A stretch of 64,000 nucleotides of DNA. It comes from Felis catus. Lineage: Eukaryota. The DNA lies in assembly GCF_018350175.1 (NCBI RefSeq), contig NC_058368.1, positions 11,222,001 through 11,286,000 on the forward strand, in the 5' to 3' direction. Within the stretch, counting starts at the first letter, position 1; each line of letters opens with the position of its first letter. Below, piece by piece: positions 23,156 to 37,670 of this stretch. The position numbers and the translations under genes are program-made. The notes under the pieces are model-generated. The model made no database searches. It had not been told where the DNA came from and worked only from the letters and a program-made list of their open reading frames with translations.

Positions 23156-25684
23156 TAGCATCAGATCTGAGTTCCAATCTTGGCTCTATCACATAACCAG
23201 CAATTATCTTCATTATTGTTGTCATCACTCTGCTGTGTCCCAGCTATTGGATCCCCATAAATTTCAGTGTCCTCATCTGTATGTGTAGATATAAAGCCAA
23301 AGGAGAGAGTATTACTATGTTCATTCCAGATTTAGCCTTCTTGCTAATCCGTGTCTTACTATCAGAAATATCCCGAAATCGTATCTAAAAGTCTAAAAGA
23401 AGGCCCATGTCCGCGTCTTCTTCCCTTACTCTTCTACTGCGCATTGCTGTAATGAACACAAAATTTAAATTATATACATGAAAGTGATATATAAAGATGA
23501 GGGTATAACAATTTATAGACCAAGTGAATTTAAAAAAAAAATTATAAAGGATATAAGAAAAAGTTCTCTTGAAGAGCAAAGAAGCTGGAAAATAAAATTT
23601 GAGGTCGGGTGGAGTAGTAGGCAGACTACCGTTGCCACCCATCCTGTATTTATCCAGAAGGACCTAAGTGGCATTTGGATAAGGCACAAGAAAACCACCG
23701 GCACATTCCTGGAGTTTGCAAATGGCCACTTAAAGAGCAGGACAACGCTGGTATGTCCTTAACCCAAAGCTAAAGTCTAGCCTGCTTCCACAATAGCTAG
23801 AAGGTGGCTTGTGTGTTTCTTTAAGAGGGAAGAGCTGAGAGGAGACCTCCTGCCCCTTTGTGTGATCCTTACACTTCCGGAACCCTGAGCATCATAAAAT
23901 GGGCACCCTGGGAATAAAGAAACCTTTCATCTACAGAATCTCCTTTGAGGTCATGAAACAACCTTCCTTCTGTAGATAGCAGATCATACAGTGTCACCTG
24001 CACCCTTGTAAATGAGAAGGGAATCGCTCAGACACCAGAGTGGATCACTGTGGCCAGTACTTGGTGGCGCGAGGGCTGACAGGAGCTTGGGTTTCTCTGT
24101 AACTGACACTGTGAGGATCAGAATCCTGACCCTCCACCTCTGTTTCCCTGGGCTTCTCAGAGTGACCTCACCCACCATGACCATCTGCAAAGATCATTAT
24201 TCTTTCTCTGGCTTCTTAGCTGAGCCGTGCATTTGGAACTGCTCTCACCACCAGCTTGTTAAACTGTCCCCTCCCATCATTCAGACAGTTTCTCGTAGCC
24301 CCACCCTCCCACACAAAGCTCTGCCTGTCTGGTCAAAATAGGGTGGTGATTTCCCCACCCTTTCTGAAAACATGCCTTGCAAGACTTTCTCTATCCTTCA
24401 AAATTTACTTGTGCCGTCACATTTTCTACCACGTTCGAACTGTGCTTATGGGTGGAGAAGGTAATGGATGTGTTTCTCCACTTCAGCGTTGCTGGGCTCA
24501 GACCACACTCCTCGAAATGCCGGATCAGGGGGTCTGAACCACGTAGCACCAGGAACAGATGGTCATTTTGAGGGTTTAATCAGCGATGCTCCATGAGGTA
24601 GATCCTTCTTTTTAAAGCTTTTGTTTCAGAGGAAGGGCTGTTCTACGTATCTTTAATTCCTTAGCTGAACGCTTCATCTCCGTGACAATGACCTGGTTTT
24701 CAGCTACGGATTATCCCTGGTTTCCAGGACTTGGACAGTTGTAGAGTGTGCATCCGTTTTCCTCTAAGCGGAACAAAGTACTCTGATACTGCCTTATTAA
24801 CTTCACAGGACCCCTCGATCATTTTCACACCGGTCTATCTCTTTCTGATTGCCAATTTTTTGTTTGTTTGTTTTGGTTCTCAGCTTCTCCTCCTAGTCAG
24901 CCAGGATGTGCTCTGTATGGGATACTTTTGGTACTAGCTTTATCAAAACAGAATTGATAGGGTGAATCTGTTGCCCAAAAGTTCAAATAACGTATGCCAA
25001 AGACTGACATCCCATAATTTATTATGCAGTGTTCTTTCTCTGAGCCAGGGTCTCTCCCAGTAATATGGAAACTCAAAGGCTGGCCTGCCCTGGGAGATGA
25101 GACAGTCTGGTGACAAGAAGCAGTTTTCCTCATGTAGTAGAAAGTAACTTGTCCAAGGTCATGGTAGCAGGGTCCGAACAAGGAGGAAAATAGCTTCCTG
25201 ACTCTCATTCCATCAAAGTTTGTCGGTAGGTAACTGCAAACACGTGATCACACCTAAAGGAAAGAAAAAAATGTTCAGTATGTGTAAAGTTCAAGTAGCA
25301 AGTGTATAAAAAACTAATCAAAATTTCCAATTTTTCCCGATTCCCTTGACTTTAAAATTCTAGATTTCAACAACTATATATTAAATGGTACCTCTGAGGG
25401 AAAGTTGATCTGCCCCTCAGGACTTAAAATCTAGTGTTTATTTTTATGTATGAAATTGGGAACATTAGTGGGAATATTAGTTCTTACCCTAAAAGGTACT
25501 TCATTTTTAATCACTTAATAAATGAAAATGGCTTACCATAGGCAAAATGTTTAAATGCAACCATAAGAATGCACCTCTTTTGTTTGTTAATTTGTCATTT
25601 TTATAGAGAAAAAAACTATTTTCTTAGTTCTTTAAGTGGTAACCAGTGTTTGGGAAGTGTGGTGATTGTTTTTTATTCTAAGTA

Positions 25685-25894
25685 TTTTTTTTTAATGTTT
25701 ATTTTTGAGAGAGAGACAGAGACAGAGTGTGAGAAGGGGAGGGGCAGAGAGAGAGGGAAGCATAGAATCCAAAGCAGGCTTTAGGCTCTGAGCTGCCAGC
25801 CCAGAGCCCGACGCGGGGCACGAACACACAAGCTGCGAGATCATGACCTGAGCCGAAGTCGGACGCTTAACCGACTGAGCCACCCAGGCACCCC
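25685..25894 (-). mobile_element. Can-SINE
   Basis: Antisense SINE with TSD-like tgttttttattct. Confidence 0.92.
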
Positions 25895-28800
25895 TGTTTT
25901 TTATTCTGAGCGTTATAAATCTGTGCATTTTTGGTAAATAATCATATGCAAAGCAAATGCCATGTATTTGCTTCTTCAGAAAGGACATAATTTAAAATCG
26001 TATATTGTTGGCTCCTATTGTAGCTGGTGATATTGCATCTGTTTGTATCTCTGTATAAAAAAGTTCTCTGGTTGCTGGTGGTATTCAAAAATAGGGTAGG
26101 AAGGTTATCGGTACTGTTGGGTGCTTTGACGATAAAAGCAGTAGAAATAACCCATATTTTCTCTTTCCACAAAATATTATCTGTAAATACAATATTAAAT
26201 ACTACTTGTGCCTTGCAGAAATTGAGGTCAAATCTTGATATGTACAAAATACGTATGAACCACATCTCCTGGTTTGGCTCCAGGTTAAAACTATCCAAAT
26301 AGGCCCTACCTTGAGAGGTTAACCAGAAGAGTAAATTAGGTAATTTCTGAGCCTCTACTAAGGTAACCAGAACCCCCACCCAGCTTTACCCTGGCCACCG
26401 AAAGTTAGAAGCACTAAAATATTAAATAAACCTTTTTCTGTATGTGTACAAGTTTAGGCTTCCTTCACTTCGGCAGAACTTCGGCCTTACCCTGGTAGGC
26501 AGCAGGGGTGCTGGAGACGGGAGCCCTCCGCCATGAACAGGGTCTCTCTCTCCCCCTTTCCCTAACCTGACTGTGGAGTTAGAGGGACATCTCGCGCTGG
26601 CTATTCTGGGTTCATTGCTGGCTATAGACCTGCTATTTACCAGTTGTCCTCTGGCTGTGTGCTCATTTAATTCTCACAACAGACCCATGAGATAAAACCC
26701 TATTTTGGAGATGAAGAAACTGAGACTGGGAGATGTTCAGCAGCTTTGCAAGCAACTCTACCTGCACGGGAGAGTAGGGCCTTGGCTCTGGCATACTATG
26801 CTGTGTATTAATATCTAATTAATATCCTTGGGATATTTGCTCTTGAAGTCACCATTCACTTGTCTGGAGCAGTGTTGAGAGAGAGGACTGAGCTTTATCT
26901 CGCCAGTTACGAAGATGCTGGGGGGTAGAGACCTGAGTTAACTGACACCCTAGTCCCAAGTCATTCTAATGATGTCTCAGCACCACTTTTAGAGAGGTTA
27001 CTTGCAGGTGCTTAGCAGGTGTGGCCCTTGGCTTGGGTTTGTCCATACAGGTCCTGTGAAATACAGCCTAGCGGTGTCTCAACATCAAGTTGAGCTCAAT
27101 TAATGTGAATCCCCCTACCCTATTCTAGACTTGTTACACACCCTGGGTGACAACGGGCTTATGGAGAGGGACTTCCCTGCACAGAGCCGCAAGGGGATGG
27201 ACTTCAGGCTTGACCCTGCTCTCTGCTGCCATTTCTCCATGCCATCTGATGCCTTTTACTGCTTCAGTCCCTCAAGGGCTTCCCATTAGCTAGACTGACT
27301 TTCAATTCCTTTGTCATGGCCCACAGTTCCTTATAAAACTCCTTTGCAGAGGAGGTAAGTAGGGAAGAAAAATGGGTTCTGCTGCTAATTTTTAGTGGAG
27401 ATGGTTTTAGGAGATACGATTTTCCTTGTTTACGTGTGTGCAACAACAAGCTATGCTCTAATGAAGTTCTGGTACATTCAGAACATTTAAATGTGTTTCA
27501 ATTCATTTGGAAAAAATTATTTGTACTGACTGGTAATGGAGTAAGCATCTTCAAAATCTGCAGAATCTATTTTTGTGAAGACTTGTGTATGTGGGTTGGA
27601 TTTTTTAAGGGAATGTTTCTTGAGTCTTCTGTTTACAAAATGAACATTGTGTGGCATCGCTTCATAGTTTTTTTCTCTGCTATGTTTTAGCACGAGATAG
27701 ATGGGCACAAATTATGCATCTAAAATATATCGAAAAAGTTTCTGATTTCTCTTGGTGCTTTCTTCGCCTCTAAAAGGCCTCATCCTGCTTAAAGAGAAAC
27801 AAAAGGCCTTTCTCCGTAATTGTCACCATTGATCTCAAGTGATGCTTAATTTGATTTGGAACCGTTCTTATTAAGAAACAATACTTAATAGGAGGAATAT
27901 AATATTCTTAATGCTTCCGTGGAATTTTAAACTAAGCAAAAATTGATAAAGCAATTTTCCTTACATCTAGTGATTTTTCCTTTGTTTCCTCAGGAGGCGA
28001 GGAAAACATTTCTCTTCTGCCTAATACATTCCATGCATGAATGTACCTGTCACTCTGACAATAATTACACATGTGTGCCCACGTGCAGCCAGCCACAGGG
28101 AAAGGGGGCGGATTCCAGCCCTCACCCAATCAACTCAGTCAGACTTTTTAAGACCATTCCGAGATGGCTCTTGATGTTGGCAAGCATCCAGATTGTTTGC
28201 CTAGCTTTGTTGTCACATTTTTTTGAACACCACACATTTTCATCTCAAAAAAAAAATTGTCGAAAATGCCAGGAAAGAGAAAATTAAATACGAATCAAAA
28301 CACAAACCGATTGCACTTCTGTTGCACATTTTTTCCCCACAGCCAACAGCTAGCACTAGGCATGCATGTCACGTCTGTTCATTCAGTGACTCACTCTGTG
28401 TGTTCTTTGCATGAGAACTTAGCGTGTGCTGGGCTGTGACAGATACACAAATGAGAGACACATGGCTCTTCTGGAGGGAGGGAAGAGAGAGTAGGGAATG
28501 CCACAGACTGTAATTTACAATCCACGCACCCTTTACCGCCTGCCTTTGCCCCCACCCTGCCGCTCAGCAACCTAGGACACAGGTGACCAACTGGCCTCTG
28601 CCTTCTTGAAATGCTCTGTTTTCTTAGTCCCTACAGCGCCACCCCAGGCCACCACGAGTGCGTTAGTTTATACTGATCACAATTAAGCCCCCCTTCCTGT
28701 GCATTGAGTATTGGGCAGATGTGTGGCACACATCAGGGCGGACACAGCCCATTTCTACCTCTTTACAGCTTGGAGAGTGGATTTCAGACTAGATTGCCAC

Positions 28801-29119
28801 CCTCAGTGGCCCCAGCCCCACCCCAGGTCAGGCATCCTGATACAGACCAAGAGTCAAATTAATGCGAAAGATAATAGCATTCTTCTCTAGGTTTCTTTGG
28901 GATGGGGCAAAGCCCCAGGGAATAATCCGTTCCCCAGGCTAGAGCCTGACAGCAAGGCAGTAAGCAGTCTTGGAGAGCCAATGGGGCCTGGACCTAAAGC
29001 ATTCCTATTATGCGGTGTTAACGAGGGTCTTAGCATATCTTCCTGAAGTTTGGAAAAGGAGTAGGTAACCATGATTCTTGGCTTGCTTATGATAAAATAA
29101 AAAAAATAAATAAATAAGT

Positions 29120-29320
29120 GACTCTGGTTCTAAAATTTGTTAGACCTAAATTTTGCCAGCTTTATGACCTTGACCTTATTCTCTATCTCTTTTTGCCTCC
29201 ATTTTCTCATCTGTGAAATGGGGCTATTAATAGTTCTTCATAGGTTGAGGGTGGACGATTAGATATGATAAAATATGTATTTTGAAACACACTAGTAATG
29301 CTGAATAAATGTAGATGGTG
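29120..29320 (+). mobile_element. MIR
   Basis: MIR core (gcctccattttctcatctgtgaaatggggctattaatag). Confidence 0.75.
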
Positions 29321-29886
29321 CTATTATCACGTCTCCGGTCACTTTCTGACTCTTTTTCCCCCACTCTTGGACCTACTTCGTGAGGCCTTTCAGCTTTCCT
29401 GTATTACTGTTACTTTTCTCTGAGCCTCCAACACCTGTGCCTAATTCCTTGCTTTAAGATTCATTACATGTTCTCCTAATGTTATTAAGGAAAGATCCCT
29501 TGTTCCTCTTAAATGACGTCTGAAATCTCATAACAAGCCAGGGACAAATTCAGATTTTATTTTGTATTTTAGGTCCCTCTGTCCAGGTGCCTGTTCTGAC
29601 TACATTTTTTTTTATAAGCATCCCCACCCCCGCCAGAGAGGAGACAAAAGGATAAATGTTTTATCCCAGCTTGCAGCAGGTGTCATTCTATTTGATTTGT
29701 AGGCCTTTCAACAACACAAAAGGCCTTTTCTGTTCTTTTACAATATATGCTCTCTTTAAAGGTACTCAAATGAGGAAAAACACGCATGAGCAAGATTTCA
29801 GGTTCTAACGGACAGAAAGTGAGCTCTTAGTTACTGGTTCGCTCTTCACAGGGAAAACGAGATGCCATTAAAAACATTCTTTTCTT

Positions 29887-30108
29887 GGGGCGCCTGGGTG
29901 GCGCAGTCGGTTAAGCGTCTGACTTCAGCCAGGTCACGATCTTGCGGTCCGTGAGTTCGAGCCCCGCGTCGGGCTCTGGGCTGATGGCTCAGAGACTGGA
30001 GCCTGTTTCTGATTCTGTGTCTCCCTCTCTCTCTGCCCCTCGCCCGTTCATGCTCTGTCTCTCTCTGTCCCAAAAATAAATAAAACGTTGAAAAAAAATT
30101 AAAAAACA
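29887..30108 (+). mobile_element. Young Can-SINE (SINEC_Fc type)
   Basis: Perfect 17-bp TSD aaaaacattcttttctt. Confidence 0.95.
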
Positions 30109-30489
30109 AAAAACATTCTTTTCTTAATACCACCTAGAAATTTAGGATAGTTTCCTCTCAAAATATATATGAGTGGCATTCTCAGCAAATTAGTGTGTTT
30201 AGAGTAGGGCTGAAATCTTTGAAAAGCCAGGTAAGGTCTATATCAAGGTAAGGTCTTTATCAAGTCAACCAAGAGAATCTGTGTAGGCTTGAGTAACAAT
30301 AGTTAATAGCCTGCTTGCTTACTTACTGCAGCTATTTGAAGTGTCTCCAACTTGCTAGCCCCAAATTGTTACCATTGGTGTTCAAAAGCAATATACCTTC
30401 TAAGTCCCAGCAGTGGTACAAACATGTGCTTAACTTAAAAAAGTTCTATGCTGGCGTCCCTAAGTGTTCCTAATAAATATCAGTATAGC

Positions 30490-30740
30490 TAGAGCTTAAT
30501 TGTTTACTCTACGCTAGACGTTATGCTGAGCACTTTATTCATAATGTCATTTAATCTTTCCAACAATTGGATGAGGTAGGTACCACTATTATTCCCATTT
30601 TCCAGGTGAGGAAACTAAGTCTTAGTGAGGTTAATAACTTGCCTTAGGTCTCATTGCTAGTACAGTCTGGGGCCAGGTGGGAATCTGGGTCCTGTCTTGA
30701 GAGACTTTGTGTTCATGAACTCCAAGGCACCATGCAGTCT
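30490..30740 (-). mobile_element. MIR
   Basis: Antisense MIR core (tattattcccattttccaggtgaggaaactaag...ggttaataacttgcc). Confidence 0.8.
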
Positions 30741-31849
30741 CCCTGTTCATTCGTTGCCATGGGGAGGCCTCAGAAAAGTGGGTATGGATATTAATTTTTG
30801 TTTTTGAATATGAGAGCTGTTTTGAGGTAAAAATCTTTAGGTCCTGTTTCACTTGGAATCCATACAAAGTACAGGTGATAAAATTAGCCTATCAACTCTA
30901 GTGTGCTTCTAAATGAAAAATAAGTCCATCTGATAAGAAATTTCACAAGAATAAAACACTGATTGGAGCTGGAGATCTTGGTGGCTGAGGGCTAGCCTTT
31001 TGTGTAAGTGTAAGGAGTTTGAAAAGCTTATATTGATGGTGTCTTGGGGCCATTTCAGGACATAGTAATTCTTAGTCTTAAAAGTATTTTGTGCTCTTGC
31101 CTTTCCATTTCTCTAAAGAACTGTTAGTCTAAAAAGTCCTATTTGTGTGTTGACTTGAGGGGAGTTGCCCAACATTTTTATGTTCAATGATTATTAATAT
31201 GGCCTATTAATTCCTTTGGAAAATATTAATATGAAATGTACTGGAAAAAAGAAGTAGTCCATGGTTTGTGAGACTGTTGGCCAAATCCCACCTACCGAAA
31301 TGCAGCCTGTCGAAATTATAATACTCTTACTTAATCCCCTAGTCAAGCCAAATGGTAACATGAAATAAAGCTAACCAAAATCAGGACACCTGATATCAAG
31401 ACTTCATGAACTAAAAAGGCATTGTACAGCAAGGAATCTAATGCTTTTGCTTCTTATCCTTTTAATACAAATAAATAAGCTTTATTGGGCTTGGTGATTC
31501 TTAGAAATGATAGGTTTGAGAAACGGATCCGTGCTGGAGCCTAACGTTCCGTAAACAAGCCCACTAAGCATCCCCTTCAGATGCACACGTTAGGGGTGGA
31601 GTGCCTCTCGAAGGCACAAGCTTTTCTGGGAGGGGGAAACACAAAGTGCAGCTTCCACTGTGCCCACGAAAGAAGGGGAAGAGAAAGCCCAGGCAAATGT
31701 CCTGTTGTTACCCAGCTTTCCTACTGCAACAAGGCTGACAGATGGGGCTTTTAAAAAAAAAACGTCACTGCAACCAGATCCAGGGGTGCAGCTCTTCTTG
31801 CTGCAGCGCGATGCAGTTGTGTATATTTCAGGGACAGACACAAGGGGAA

Positions 31850-32593
<744 letters not shown>

Positions 32594-32608
32594 TAATTAG
32601 AAAATAAC

Positions 32609-32632
32609 CTTTGTTTGTTTGTTTGTTTGTTT
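32609..32632 (+). repeat. (TTTG)6 microsatellite just inside intron 1
   Basis: Read directly. Confidence 0.9.
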
Positions 32633-34909
32633 GCTGGATGTTGCGTAAGGTTCGAGAAATAAAATCTCAACTGGAGGCATATGCTTGGGTGCCAAGGAAG
32701 TTTTTTTGGTTCCATCTGCTATGAAAATCAAAATGTCAGAGACTGAACTAGCTTTCCTTAAGTGCAAAGGCTGCAGTGGAATCACAGTAGATTTCGTTTG
32801 ATTAAATTTTCAAGTGAGATGGCCCTTCAGACTGTCAGAGCACAGGATGCATTTTCTGCCTTAATGTTTATTTGATCAGGCTTTATCTAAGTATTTTGTG
32901 AAGTGTGGTTTAATCAAAGGGGTGTGGCAGGGTTTCAGAGTACTTCATAATTGTTTTATTAGGGTATTGTCTAAAGAAAAAAAGTATTTAACAGTCTAAA
33001 ACCTAAGTCTCATCTCTTTTGCACTAGAGGCATTTGCAGGTTTATGTATCTCTCCCTTGTCTGTGTGGATGATGTTCAGAATGCTATCTAATGTTTGGAT
33101 TTATAAAATCCTGTTGTGTTATAGTCCAAACTCATAACATGCTTTCCTGAAATATAAACAAGTGAGGTTCTGACCCTGATCATTTATTAGGATATCAGAA
33201 TGTTATGGCTTCTGAAGTTCCATTACTGACCTACTTAATAATTTTAGCAATAACACATTTTAAAAAGACAACCTCTAAGGCATCATGGGTCTGAAATCAG
33301 AATTAAAATGAGGCCTTCAGGTGATCAGTGATGCCTTGTGTTTTTTGAATAGTTGAAAAACAAAGTCTTCTCTATTTCACCAACAGCCTTTGTGCTTGCT
33401 TTGGATAAAAGGCCGGCAGGTATTACAGATCCTTAATTGTTTGAAATTTAAAAAAAAATTTTCCAGGAAAAATTTCGATGCTGTATTACGTGCATACTAA
33501 TTAGCCTACCTGTGCTCAAAGAGCTGGTGATTAATTATCTCCTACACTGACGACCTGTGGCCAAGATTGTTCTTATGTAAACAAAACCTGGGCAGAGGAA
33601 CCTCTGCCATAATTGCTCTAAGGAAAGAGCCAAAGTACCTTCAGCCTTAAGGTATTCAGGGATATGCATCTCTCAATGATCTCCATAGAAACCATTTTTT
33701 CCCCAGGTCATTTTGCACCACTGTATACACTATGGGGCTCGTCTAAAGCTGTTTTTCTACAAGTGGGAAGCCATTTGGGAGCCTTGCTGTCACCCAAATA
33801 GCATTCCTTTATTTGTTAGAGTCATAATTCATTTGTCTTGGGTCCATTATTTGTGTAATACTTCACACTCAAGGATGAGTCTGCCTTTGTCTATCCACCC
33901 TTTGATTAATGAAAAGGGTTTGACACACAGGGTTCTTGATGGAGCAGTTTTCCGATAACTGGAAAGACTTACTGTGAGTTTGACTTCGGTATGTGGTTTT
34001 GAATCATCATTTTGAGTACACCAAGGCCATATTATGTTCTCCTATCATTTTTTGTCATTGTCTCATTAGGTAGAAAATTATGTTGTGACAATACTGAGGC
34101 CAGTGCGATTTCTTTTAAAACCTTTCTCCCTTGTCAATTTTCAAATGACTCTAGACAAAGTGTATATTCTCTCTACCTTTCCTAAACTCCCCCCCCCCAC
34201 CACCACCCCACACCAGACACACACACACTTACTCCCTCACATCAGGAAATGGTTCAAAATGACTGTTCATGTCTACTTGGAGAGCATCTGGGACACAGTT
34301 CTGAATTCTTTCAATTCATTCAGCAAATATTTATTCCACACCTACTATGCCAGGCTATGGGGCTGCAAAGGTGAATGAGACACCCTACGTGCCCTCTGTC
34401 CTAATTTCTTTATCACAGAAGAGTGAACTTGGTGATTCTCTTGTGTTTCTTTGGAAGTCAGAATGCTTTTCAGTCCTTTCTTGAAAGAGGAAGAGGAAAT
34501 ACACTTTATGCTTAGTCTTCTTTGAGCTTGTTGCAACACTAACCTGCTTTTAACCTAGCTTAGCTCTCAGTTTTGCGTATTTTCGGTAGCAAAGAGAGAA
34601 GGGAGTTTGTCTGTCCATAGGAAAAAGTAGCCTTAGGGTTTTGGCCTGCTCAGTGTAACCTGGCTGAGAGGATGCATCACAGAGCAAGCAACTCCTCAGC
34701 CAGCATCATAGGTTTTCGAGGCCAGGATGCCCGCCCACATACCTGAGTGGAGAATCAGGCTCCTAATTATATAGCAGTGCTTATTTATAAAAGTACAACA
34801 ATTAAAAAGCAATAAAACAAACTGTGTGACTGGCCGACTGCTTTGCAAGGTGGTAGGTAGTAAGAGGAAAGATGATTCTGTGAGCATGCCCATTAAGATT
34901 GCCATTCTC

Positions 34910-35137
34910 GGGGCGCCTGGGTGGCGCAGTCGGTTAAGCGTCCGACTTCAGCCAGGTCACGATCTCGCGGTCCGGGAGTTCGAGCCCCGCGTCGGGCTCT
35001 GGGCTGATGGCTCAGAGCCTGGAGCCTGCTTCCGATTCTGTGTCTCCCTCTCTCTCTGCCCCTCCCCCGTTCATGCTCTGTCTCTCTCTGTCCCAAAAAT
35101 AAATAAACGTTGAAAAAAAAATTAAAAAAAAAAAAAA
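34910..35137 (+). mobile_element. Young Can-SINE (SINEC_Fc type)
   Basis: Near-consensus copy with a long A tail and perfect TSD aagattgccattctc. Confidence 0.96.
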
Positions 35138-35429
35138 AAGATTGCCATTCTCTCTTTTTTTTTTTTTAAGGGCACATTATGGGGGAAGTGTAATTTCGTG
35201 TATGTCTGTCTCCTCTGAAGAATTAACAAGTCAATTAAATCAGTCATTGCCTGGTGAGATGTATTAGCTTTTTATTCACTGTTCATTTTGACACTCTTTT
35301 TTCACTGGCATGCCCACTCTGTCAGGCTGTCCTTTCATTTTAATGGAGTTGGGAATTAAAAATGGCCTTGATGTCTGGAAAGAAAATGTCCTTTGTAGAC
35401 CTCACCGTGAGGCTCTCCTTAGCTGCTTG

Positions 35430-36060
35430 GACACCGCCCGCCACTGAAGTCCTACGGCTTCTTCCCCAGTCACATCCAGACTTTCCCCCAACCATTCAGT
35501 GATTCTCACAACTGTTCTCCTTGGTGTTCATGGCCATAGCCTCCACAGGCCTTTCTCAGTTTCATCTGGAACGCTCTAGTGGTCTCCTAACAGGCCCCCT
35601 GACGTAGAGCTGCCTAGGGATGCTTCTGCCCGCGTTTCAAAGACCATGCCACGGATCCCTCTTGCCCGTGAGCATGTAACTGCCATTCAAGACTCTCTTT
35701 GAGCTCCTCATCCATCCTTTCAGATTGTTTTTCTTCCCCAGCCAGATTTAATCTGCTCACCCTTGTCTGCATTTTACCACCTTGCTCTCCACTCCATGCC
35801 TGTACGCACGCTGGCCTCCTAATCCGGCATGCCCTCACCTAGAACACACAAGTTGCAGGACCAGATAGGCTTGGTTCTGGTCTCTTATCTCCTGCACTTG
35901 GCGTGGCCTTGGACAATTTGTTAACTCCTCTCTGCTTCATTTTTCCCATCTGTAAAACGGAAGCAGAAATAATGGATACCTCACAGAAGTAAAAGAGGTA
36001 TTTAAGAATTAAAGCACTTAGAACAAGATCTAGCACATCGTAAACAATCAATGTTAAAAT
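35430..36060 (+). mobile_element. L2 fragment followed by MIR (about 35860-36060)
   Basis: L2-like pyrimidine-rich body and MIR core (ttcatttttcccatctgtaaaacgg). Confidence 0.6.
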
Positions 36061-37156
36061 AATATTAATGTATTCCAATGCTCCTCTCACTTCTAAACCC
36101 ACTTAAAATCAGACTCAGATCCCTTTTCCCCCTAGTATTGACACCATTTGTGGATTATTCTATGTGTAGTCAACACTTGCTACACCCCTAGAGAAGGGAA
36201 TTGTGTGACTGTGCCAAAAATAGTTGCTTGCCTTCAGCCATTTTTTTCTAGATTTACTTTTTACCAGTCCCCCCTTTTCTATCTCAGCTTCTAGTAGAAT
36301 ATTCCTACATTCCCTAAGTAAATACCTCCCAGCAGCACGGGAGATGGTTTGGCAACATCCTCTCGGCAGTGAGTCCCTTTGGCCTTTCAGGTTTGCTATG
36401 GAAAAAGTTTAGAGCAGATAGTTTCAAGCAATTTCAGAGGAAAGGAAGGCTGGCTTTAGACTGATGTAGAGAGCTGGCATGTGGGCTCTCTCACCCATCT
36501 GAAACCTCTCACCAGGATTCCTTGTGTCTCTATCTACCCCGTGTTGTCCAAATGAACACAGGGCCCAATGAACAAAGGTACATTCAGAACCTATTCAACA
36601 TCTCGATCTTTCCAGGGCAGTTGGCATCTTTCTTACAACATCTGTCAAATCCTGCTACCCCACGGAGAGGAACTTTTGAAAGTTTGTTAACTCTTTCAGA
36701 TAATGAGACTTCCATTGGCAAAATAAACTGGTCTGCGGCACTGAGCAAGCCCTTTGCTTGTTTTGGAAGGGGCTGGTGTGCACTGTGAAATGTCTAATGT
36801 CACTGTAGAAATATCTGCATCAGTGAAATTGGACGTGGCATTTTTCAGATATTCTGTAGTGCATTAAGTTGTGGTGATAAGGATGATATTTCTGTCCAAC
36901 ATAGAAATGCTGGTTAGTACCAGGTTAACTCTGGAGACAAAGATCCCACGCATGTGCAGATGGGAAACACCACTGACTGACTGCAGAGCTGTCCTTACTG
37001 AGTCCTGTTTTTGTCATCCGTGTAGTTCAAAGACCCCACGGGAAAGGCCTGAGAGAAACCTCAAGGGGTTAGTTTTAACCTCTTGGTGGAGTTGGTTTGA
37101 AGAGGTAGAAAACCAATGACGTGAACCAAGTTGCCTGAATCCAGCAGAGCAGTCCT

Positions 37157-37201
37157 GCTCAAGTGCAGACACGCTCAAGTGCAGACACGCTCAAGTGCAG
37201 A
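37157..37201. repeat. 16-bp tandem repeat x2.8 (gctcaagtgcagacac)
   Basis: Identical units at 37157 and 37173, partial unit at 37189. Confidence 0.95.
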
Positions 37202-37569
37202 GCACCTCAGTGTTCTTGAACGAGTAGGGAGCACCCAGCCCATCCAGGCAGTTGGGAGGGAGTCACTCCAGTGCTCCTGTCACTCAGTAGATGTCTGACC
37301 CTGCGTGCACTCGCTCAGGTGAGGGTCACTTCTGCGAAAGTAGTTTATTGTCCTGATGAGAAACGAAACCCCAAATAAACATCTGCTCTCAATAGAAAGA
37401 GCCTGTTCTTGGGTTTGTGATGAAGATAAATAACAAGTAGGGGTTTTGTTTGTTTTATGTGTTGTTTTTGTTGTTGTTAAAATGCTCGAACAGTCTGAGA
37501 ATAACAATGACTGTCACATTGACCGAGGGCCCACCCCGTGTCAGCTGTTATGCTTGGTAATTTATATGT

Positions 37570-37670
37570 GGGGCAACCACTGCATTATTTGTCCAAACTG
37601 GGACACTTTTGAGAGTGAAAGTTAATAATTATACCGGGACTGCCCTGGGCAAAGAAGGCCATATGACCAC
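37570..37670 (-). mobile_element. MER94-like hAT-Blackjack relic
   Basis: gtccaaactgggacacttttgagagtgaaag...taataattat matches the recalled MER94 reverse complement. Confidence 0.7.

Noticed and set aside
25942..26379. 145-aa minus-strand ORF in unique AT-rich sequence
   Set aside because: It has a non-ATG start, no recognisable domain and no supporting splice or poly(A) structure. A tBLASTn or PhyloCSF test would be needed to revive it.
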